64,000 bases of DNA from an uncultured Clostridia bacterium (GTDB lineage: Bacteria > Bacillota > Clostridia > TANB77 > CAG-508): assembly GCA_947625835.1 (NCBI GenBank), contig CANQPY010000001.1:6763-70762 (forward strand). The letters run 5' to 3'. The notes under the pieces are model-generated. The model ran no database searches, was not told where the DNA came from, and saw only the letters and a program-made list of their open reading frames with translations. Positions 58,013-64,000 of the stretch are shown piece by piece. Numbering within the stretch: the stretch's first letter is position 1; the number at the start of each line of letters is the position of its first letter. The position numbers were made by a program, and so were the translations under genes.

Positions 58013-58432
58013 ATGAAAGAATGTTATGGGTTAGATATTCCTGTAAAAGGAAAGCCTAAATGGATACATGAAAATCCTTATGAATATATTAGGAAACTAA
58101 AATATTCGCTGATTGATGATTTTTTCCATTATAAAAATTATTGGAGAGAAGAAGACAAATCGATTCCAGTAATTGAGCATTTTATAGGTGATAATTTCTA
58201 TATGGTGTTTTATGAACCTAAAAAACAACCCCAAAATTTCAATAAAATAGGTAGTGGAATTCTCAATGCAATGTTTTATGGGTATTCACAATAGTATGAA
58301 GAAAGAGAGAAACTGTATAAGAATATTATTATAATAAACCGCCCAGCAACCACACCTTTTAATAGAAATCAAATATTAAGATTAAAGCAATTAATAAAAG
58401 ATATGAAATGGTTTTATGGAGATATGGAATGA
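58013..58432 (+). pseudogene. 'CYGL' family protein C, interrupted by an in-frame TAG at 58292-58294
   Basis: The frame continues YEEREK...LKQLIKDMKWFYGDME*, matching the paralog B end 'LKNYLKDLDWFM', and ends in an ATGA overlap with the next gene. Confidence 0.75.
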
Positions 58433-58998
58433 TAGATAAAGAAATTTGGGATAAATTAAATAAACTAAATGAAGATACATATTTTGATAGGATTGAAGGG
58501 GATCATCAGGGACCAAATTTAACGGCCCATGAATTCCATAAGGTAGAATTTGGATTAGAAAATAAAGGCGATTATAATGAGGTTGCACATGCAATAACAA
58601 GCCAAGAAGCTTCACCCATAGGTGAAAATATGGATTGGGGCATAGTTGGTTATATAAATCAAGATGGTAGAAATGTTAAATTTGCTCGTCTTGATGATAA
58701 TAAATATATGATTGGTGTATATGTGGGATCTCCTACAACTGGAGCAATTATTACATTTTATACTAAAAATTTGCAGGATATTCTCAAAGATGCTGATCCC
58801 TATAATAGATATTCTTTAGCCAATAAAGAAGGAGATTATAGATACAAATGCGATCTGGATAAAAAATTTGAAGGCCTCAAATTTTTTAATAACCATCCTG
58901 AATACCATAGAGATACTTCGGAAGAAAGAGTAAGGGAAATTAAAGGAAAACTATACAAAAGTGAAAAACTTGGTAATTTCAACACTGACAGGGAGTAA
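58429..58998 (+). CDS. Toxin-like protein C with IWDKLNKLNE leader
   Basis: Paralog of 54556 and 55615; start at ATG 58429. Confidence 0.6.
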   Translation: MIDKEIWDKLNKLNEDTYFDRIEGDHQGPNLTAHEFHKVEFGLENKGDYNEVAHAITSQEASPIGENMDWGIVGYINQDGRNVKFARLDDNKYMIGVYVGSPTTGAIITFYTKNLQDILKDADPYNRYSLANKEGDYRYKCDLDKKFEGLKFFNNHPEYHRDTSEERVREIKGKLYKSEKLGNFNTDRE

Positions 58999-59004
58999 AT
59001 AATA

Positions 59005-59259
59005 ATGAAGAGAATTTGTAGTTGCTGCCATAAAGAACAAGATAAACTTTACGATCCTTATTATTTAGTTGAAGGGGAGATAGTATGTGAGAGTTGTCTC
59101 CTAAAAAGATACCCTGTTAAAGAGATAAGTTACTACTACAGCACATATGATGAGGATTATTATGCTTCTCTTTCAGAAGCACTTGAAAATATGGCAGATG
59201 AATCTTATACAGCAGCTGAGGAGGAAGAAGATGAAATTAGTAATGACAACCAGGAATGA
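59005..59259 (+). CDS. Small Zn-finger acidic protein
   Basis: CSCC...CESC. Confidence 0.5.
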   Translation: MKRICSCCHKEQDKLYDPYYLVEGEIVCESCLLKRYPVKEISYYYSTYDEDYYASLSEALENMADESYTAAEEEEDEISNDNQE

Positions 59260-59431
59260 GATTGATGAAGTGGGAATTGAAGAGATAGCAAGAGATCTTG
59301 GTGTATCAGTTGCAGACGCACTAAAGGGGGCTATTCATGAAAAGTTCCAACAATTATATAACCAATTAATTGAAGGAAACCCAGAAGCCACGAAACATTC
59401 CCATTTAACCTGGGAGATTCACTATGAATAA
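59231..59431 (+). CDS. Hypothetical protein
   Basis: GAGGA RBS; overlaps the next gene's start. Confidence 0.45.
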   Translation: MKLVMTTRNEIDEVGIEEIARDLGVSVADALKGAIHEKFQQLYNQLIEGNPEATKHSHLTWEIHYE

Positions 59432-59879
59432 TGTTAAATACCGCGCTTGGTTAAAGAATGAAAAGAAGATGGTTGATGTAAAATCAATTCATTTTGGTAC
59501 TAAAAAAATCATGTATGGGTACAGTAAAGGACCTCAAAACTACGGTACCAGAAGTTGTAAGTTTGAAGATTGCATTCTTATGCCTTGTTTTATTCACCAA
59601 GATAAAAATAAAAAAGATATTTTTGATGGTGATATTCTTTATAAACCAAATCCAGGTGAAGAAGTTAGTTGGAACGACTATTTTTATATTTCTTACAACC
59701 CTGATAAAGCATGGTGTACCAGATATCTTTTGTGGGGAGATAGATCAGCAGATCGCCCTATATTTAATCCCTCAGGTTATGGGGGTGTAGATGTTAGTAA
59801 CCTTGAAGTAATAGGGAACATCTATGAAGATAAGAAACTTCTTGAGAAATTAAAATGTATGGAGTTACTTGAATGCTAA
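59424..59879 (+). CDS. YopX-family protein
   Basis: 'KYRAW', 'DKNKKDIFDGDIL', 'EVIGNIYE'. Confidence 0.88.
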   Translation: MNNVKYRAWLKNEKKMVDVKSIHFGTKKIMYGYSKGPQNYGTRSCKFEDCILMPCFIHQDKNKKDIFDGDILYKPNPGEEVSWNDYFYISYNPDKAWCTRYLLWGDRSADRPIFNPSGYGGVDVSNLEVIGNIYEDKKLLEKLKCMELLEC

Positions 59880-60550
59880 AAGTAGGCACAGCTTATATGA
59901 TGGATAGAAAGGGAAATTTAATTGAACTTCCTGAATGCCACCCATATTTGATAAATGTTAAGGATAGCCACTCTGTTTTAGAACAATTAGAAAGAACTGT
60001 TAAGTTTTATCTTCAAAATCTTCTCTGGTACTACGATAATACTAAAAATATTGAGAGTAAGGAACTAGTAAAAACCATTTTATATTACTTACGATTTGAT
60101 GAAAGATACAAAAACAATTATGTAGATCAATACGGTAACTATATTGCAAGAGTTATTAATAACTATTTTGACGACTCTGTTTACGATATAAGAATATCAA
60201 AAGAAACAAATGTTGAAGATCTATGGGAGGAATTAAATGACAATCTAAATGAGGAATTTACAAGAGTGAGAACCTCCCACAAAAATCTTCCTGCAGGCGA
60301 TAGTAAAGATATTTATTTTAGAATCAGTTCAATATATACAAATTGGTTTGATACGATATGGGAAGTAGTGTATAAATATAGGGAATGGATTGAATCTGTA
60401 ACTATTGTAACAGATTTACAAAGTAGAGGAAAAGAAAACTTCTATATATTAAATGGGCAGAAGACAGACCACATGAGTGTAGAAAATTTCATCAATCTTA
60501 AAGGAAACCCAATAGTTGAAAAAGCCCAACAGAAATATCATATATACTAA
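59873..60550 (+). CDS. Hypothetical protein
   Basis: 225 aa ORF with overlap-coupled start. Confidence 0.55.
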   Translation: MLKVGTAYMMDRKGNLIELPECHPYLINVKDSHSVLEQLERTVKFYLQNLLWYYDNTKNIESKELVKTILYYLRFDERYKNNYVDQYGNYIARVINNYFDDSVYDIRISKETNVEDLWEELNDNLNEEFTRVRTSHKNLPAGDSKDIYFRISSIYTNWFDTIWEVVYKYREWIESVTIVTDLQSRGKENFYILNGQKTDHMSVENFINLKGNPIVEKAQQKYHIY

Positions 60551-60561
60551 GAGGTAAATAA

Positions 60562-61125
60562 ATGCAATTAGATAACAATATTCTGAATGAAAAAGTAGCA
60601 TATGTTGATGAAAGTGTAACTGAATTTAACGAAATTACAGAACGTGTAATTAAGGAACAAAGTGCAGATTTGGATGATCTTATGCAAGCAATCCATTATG
60701 CAGTTACACAGGAAAATGCAATTTCTACAGATGCTGTAGAACGTTATTATGCTGAACTTTCATCACTAGTTTACTTTATGTCTGAGAGAATTGAGAAGTT
60801 AAATGTATTTAAGGATGTAAGTAAAGCAACCGCAAAAGAAGCATACAATAAAGCATATATTAAATTCTGTGCTGAGAAGGACGAAAGAGGCAAGTCAATT
60901 AGAACAGTAAACGAAAATACTGCACTAGCAGAGACAGATGCACAGTATGAAACAGTAATGCAGAGCATTTATGGTAACGCTTACGATGCTGTTAAATTAA
61001 AATTAGACTTGGCATTAGAGATGTTAAGTACTCTTAAACACATTCTTAAAAGACGCATGAATGAAGAATATATGGATTTCCAAATGGCAAATGTGAAGCC
61101 TAATATTGCAGGAGATAAGGAATAA
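60562..61125 (+). CDS. Helical protein, possible recombination mediator (UvsY-like)
   Basis: All-helical composition; translationally coupled to recA. Confidence 0.45.
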   Translation: MQLDNNILNEKVAYVDESVTEFNEITERVIKEQSADLDDLMQAIHYAVTQENAISTDAVERYYAELSSLVYFMSERIEKLNVFKDVSKATAKEAYNKAYIKFCAEKDERGKSIRTVNENTALAETDAQYETVMQSIYGNAYDAVKLKLDLALEMLSTLKHILKRRMNEEYMDFQMANVKPNIAGDKE

Positions 61126-62336
61126 TGGCTGATGTAAAATCAATTCTTAGGGATATTAATAAAACATTAAAAGCAGATGTAGCCACAGTAGGAGTAAAAG
61201 ATTTAGCAGAGAGGGGTAAGTTATCATTTGGTACTCCTTCACTAGACTTTATCACCTACAATAATCTAATTGAAGGATCATTCATTGAATTATCGGGTCT
61301 AGAGAGTAGTGGTAAAACCACTTTGGCATTCCTATTAGCTGCAAGCTATATTAAAAAGGAATTGGAAAGAAACCCTGATAATCCAAGAGCAATTTTATAT
61401 TGTGATGCTGAGAGTACAGCAGATAAAAATTGGGCAATGACTTCAGCAGGCTATGATATGAACCACCCTCAAGTACCCACTATTTATGTCCCCAATAATG
61501 GTCAATCAGCTGAAACTTGGTTTGATATTGTAATTGATTCAGTTGCTACTGGTGAAATTGGTTTGGTAATTTTTGATTCATTAACCATGATGGTTGGTCA
61601 ACAAGTTCAAGGTGAATCATTAGAAAAGAAACAAATGGGTGGTGCATCAGGTCCAATTGGAGATTTTTGCAAGAGAGGTACAGGTGTATTTATTAGAAAC
61701 AAATGTACCTTCATTGGCATTAATGGACTAACAGAAAACTTGACAGGTTACGGAGATAAATATCAAACACCTGGTGGTAGAACATGGAAGAGAAGTTGTT
61801 CCTATAGAATGAGAGTCAAACAGGGTGATTTCTTTGATATTGATGGAAACATCTTAGCTAAGAAGGATGCACAGTCACCAGCAGGCCATGTTATTGAAGT
61901 ATATCTTGAAAAGATTAAAACTGCAAGATGGGATAGAAAATTAGGCACTACAAATCTTAACTATACCTATGGTCTTGATATTATGCAAGATACAATTGAT
62001 ACAGCAATTAGACTAGGACTAATTGATAATAGTACCCAAGGCTCATTTAGATTAATTGATCCTGATACTGGTGAAGTACTTACAGATGATGTAGGAAATG
62101 AATTAAAAATTAGAGGTAAGAAAAACATTAAGCCCTACTTTAAGGAACACCCAGACATTTTCAAGAGTCTTTACAACAAGTGCTATGAGATGATGGAAAG
62201 AAAGGATGATACTAACATAGTAGCCTTTGAAAGATTATTAGGTGTAGATGTGGATCAAATGCTTACCAATGATGAAAACATAGATGAAACTGAAATCTTT
62301 CCGGTAGAGGTAGAAGAAGCCAATGAAAAGAGTTGA
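61125..62336 (+). CDS. recA: RecA/UvsX recombinase
   Basis: 'GLESSGKTT', 'DAE', 'IFDSL', 'TPGGR'. Confidence 0.92.
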   Translation: MADVKSILRDINKTLKADVATVGVKDLAERGKLSFGTPSLDFITYNNLIEGSFIELSGLESSGKTTLAFLLAASYIKKELERNPDNPRAILYCDAESTADKNWAMTSAGYDMNHPQVPTIYVPNNGQSAETWFDIVIDSVATGEIGLVIFDSLTMMVGQQVQGESLEKKQMGGASGPIGDFCKRGTGVFIRNKCTFIGINGLTENLTGYGDKYQTPGGRTWKRSCSYRMRVKQGDFFDIDGNILAKKDAQSPAGHVIEVYLEKIKTARWDRKLGTTNLNYTYGLDIMQDTIDTAIRLGLIDNSTQGSFRLIDPDTGEVLTDDVGNELKIRGKKNIKPYFKEHPDIFKSLYNKCYEMMERKDDTNIVAFERLLGVDVDQMLTNDENIDETEIFPVEVEEANEKS

Positions 62337-62616
62337 GTTTGAACAAATACTAGACAATACTAGAAAAGTGTTAGAAGTAACATCCAAAATTGAACAACTT
62401 TTAAATGTAGAAATTGATAGTATTTGCGGTCCTTTATGTAATATTACTGATGTATTAGCAGATATTACAAAAGCTATGTGGAATGATGAGCTATGGAGTA
62501 AAGTATACGATTATAATGTTCCCACTTTTGAATTAATGAAAGACATAGAAAACTATTCAGTAGAAAACAGAAAATCAAGAGGGGAAGAGGAGGTGAAGCT
62601 CTTTGACGAAGAATAA
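62323..62616 (+). CDS. Hypothetical protein
   Basis: ORF overlapping the recA stop. Confidence 0.5.
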   Translation: MKRVEFEQILDNTRKVLEVTSKIEQLLNVEIDSICGPLCNITDVLADITKAMWNDELWSKVYDYNVPTFELMKDIENYSVENRKSRGEEEVKLFDEE

Positions 62617-62962
62617 AGAATCCACCCGCTATTACAGTTCTCAACATGAAACAAAAGTGTGTAAGGCATTAAATGCCTGGAAACAGCCAAACTCAGGTGC
62701 TAGTAAATTTGCAGCAGGAGATGTTTATAATAGAGATGCATCTTTATTGGTTGAATGTAAGACAGCAATGACTGATAAAGATTCATTCAGTATTAAAAAA
62801 GAATGGCTTGATAAAATAGATGGGGAAATGAAGTCTAAAAGATTTCAAAACAACTGCCTTGCATTTTCTTTTGGCCCCAATTCTTCAAATTATTATATTA
62901 TAAATGAACGTCTAATGAAATTTTTAGTAGAAAAACTGCAAGAGGTATATGAAAATGAATAA
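62603..62962 (+). CDS. PD-(D/E)XK nuclease (Hjc-like resolvase)
   Basis: 'HE..V', 'PNSGA', 'GDV', 'VECKT', 'SIKKEWL'. Confidence 0.75.
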   Translation: MTKNKESTRYYSSQHETKVCKALNAWKQPNSGASKFAAGDVYNRDASLLVECKTAMTDKDSFSIKKEWLDKIDGEMKSKRFQNNCLAFSFGPNSSNYYIINERLMKFLVEKLQEVYENE

Positions 62963-63142
62963 AGTAAATTACTTATGGACACTTAATAATGGCTGGGAAG
63001 ATATTACCATTTATCCTGAACCTACCTGCACAGAGCAGATAGACGATAATTTAACTAGTCCCTATTTGAGTGACAGGATGGAATTTCAAGACGAAATGGA
63101 TAATACCGTTTTAATCTATTTATAATAAAGGAATAATAAGAT

Positions 63143-63520
63143 TTGAACCCTATTATTGAAAAACAACTAAAAAGATGCAAGGTAGCTAACATCCCACCTT
63201 ATACCGAAGATACTCTAGAATTTAAGATAACCAAAAAAGTAGTCCAAAATAACCAAACATGCATTCCAAACCACTATTATGATGTTGAGTTGTCAGATTA
63301 TGTATTAGACCCACCTCCAGATTGTAGTTTACATATAAACTGGAATAAAAATGTTTTACCTAAATCTAAAATATACAGATGTGAAGTATTACAAGTAATG
63401 GGGAAAATGGTAAAAATTAATGGCATAGGGCTTGATCCCATTACACAAATGGATAATAATGATTCTTGGATGGGTTGGTTACCTTTAGAAGAAATAAAAG
63501 TATTAAAAGAATTGGAATAA
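63143..63520 (+). CDS. Hypothetical protein (SH3-like C-terminus)
   Basis: 'W.GWLP' motif; AAGGA RBS. Confidence 0.5.
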   Translation: MNPIIEKQLKRCKVANIPPYTEDTLEFKITKKVVQNNQTCIPNHYYDVELSDYVLDPPPDCSLHINWNKNVLPKSKIYRCEVLQVMGKMVKINGIGLDPITQMDNNDSWMGWLPLEEIKVLKELE

Positions 63521-63576
63521 AAAACACCAACAAATTGTATAAAATATCGTAACAAAGAATAAAGAGGTAGATTTAA

Positions 63577-64000
63577 ATGAGGTCATTGGCTATAAAATAT
63601 AGACCTAAAACATTTGATGAAGTAATTGGTCATGAAGCAGTAGTAAAAATTTTGAAAAATCAAATAAATAAAGAAATGCTGGGAAATGCCATACTACTAT
63701 CTGGTAAAAGTGGTAGTGGTAAAACAACTGTTGCTCGTATTATAGCCAACAATATAAACAATGGCAGTGGCACACCAATTGAAATAGACGCAGCATCAAA
63801 CAGTGGTGTAGATAATGTTAGAGAAATAATTAAAGATGCCCAGGAAAGAGCAATTGATTGTGAATATAAAGTATTTATTATAGATGAAGCTCAGAGTTTA
63901 TCTTCTACAGCATGGCAGGCATTCTTGAAATGCATTGAGGAACCTCCCAAATATACCATTTTTATATTCTGCACTACAGATCCTCAGAAGATACCCCCTA
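63577..64000 (+). CDS. dnaX: DNA polymerase III gamma/tau-like clamp loader, truncated by the window end (not in ORF track)
   Basis: MRSLAIKYRPKTFDEVIG, 'GKSGSGKTT', 'EIDAAS', 'IIDEA', 'LKCIEEPP', 'FIFCTTDP'. Confidence 0.92.
   Translation, partial: MRSLAIKYRPKTFDEVIGHEAVVKILKNQINKEMLGNAILLSGKSGSGKTTVARIIANNINNGSGTPIEIDAASNSGVDNVREIIKDAQERAIDCEYKVFIIDEAQSLSSTAWQAFLKCIEEPPKYTIFIFCTTDPQKIPP

Noticed and set aside
54900-58998. Diversity-generating retroelement TR/VR pair suggested by similar 3' ends of three paralogs
   Set aside because: The differences are not adenine-specific, all copies are coding, and no reverse transcriptase is present in the window.
3306-63555. Minus-strand ORFs in the track, and alternative-frame plus ORFs such as 5868, 17133, 25079, 37091, 40138, 46973, 59494
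   Set aside because: They are shadows of well-supported + strand genes, with no RBS or recognisable motifs.
1-64000. Genome-wide stop-codon reassignment (TAG to Gln), suggested by the TAG at 58292
   Set aside because: Long genes are intact under the standard code, and TAG ends several genes at natural boundaries (e.g. 9718, 19777, 23473, 55604, 56163).
1-64000. tRNA, rRNA or integrase genes
   Set aside because: No cloverleaf/T-loop signature in the intergenic gaps and no recombinase motif recognised.

Overview
This is a 64 kb, AT-rich segment of a large myovirus (contractile-tailed dsDNA phage). Essentially all genes are on the + strand and use the standard genetic code. 1-17.7 kb is a T4-like tail and baseplate module. 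17.8-28.4 kb is replication: SNF2 helicase, DnaC, DnaB, primase, gp32-like SSB and a family A DNA polymerase. The polymerase is split into two ORFs at a Hint/intein-like junction and is also interrupted in motif A by an ORF-less group I intron (27025-27294). 28.4-64 kb is an accessory, nucleotide-metabolism and recombination region. It holds a dispersed 7-deazaguanine DNA-modification pathway (QueC, QueD, QueE, FolE, YhhQ, ArcS-like, DpdA/TGT-like, a purine PRTase), a beta clamp, DnaX, RecA, RecU and a PemK toxin-antitoxin pair. The most unusual observations are four. (i) Four gene pairs of a DUF3846-like protein plus a predicted BECR-type RNase with a shared 'IWExLxxLNE' leader, a candidate virion-delivered toxin/immunity system. 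(ii) Ribbon-helix-helix plus repeat-endonuclease cassettes that insert into genes, supply a replacement gene end and leave the displaced end behind. (iii) The split polymerase with a degenerate half-Hint junction. (iv) A structured terminator/antiterminator RNA upstream of queC-yhhQ. All family assignments come from motif recognition by eye; no searches were run.
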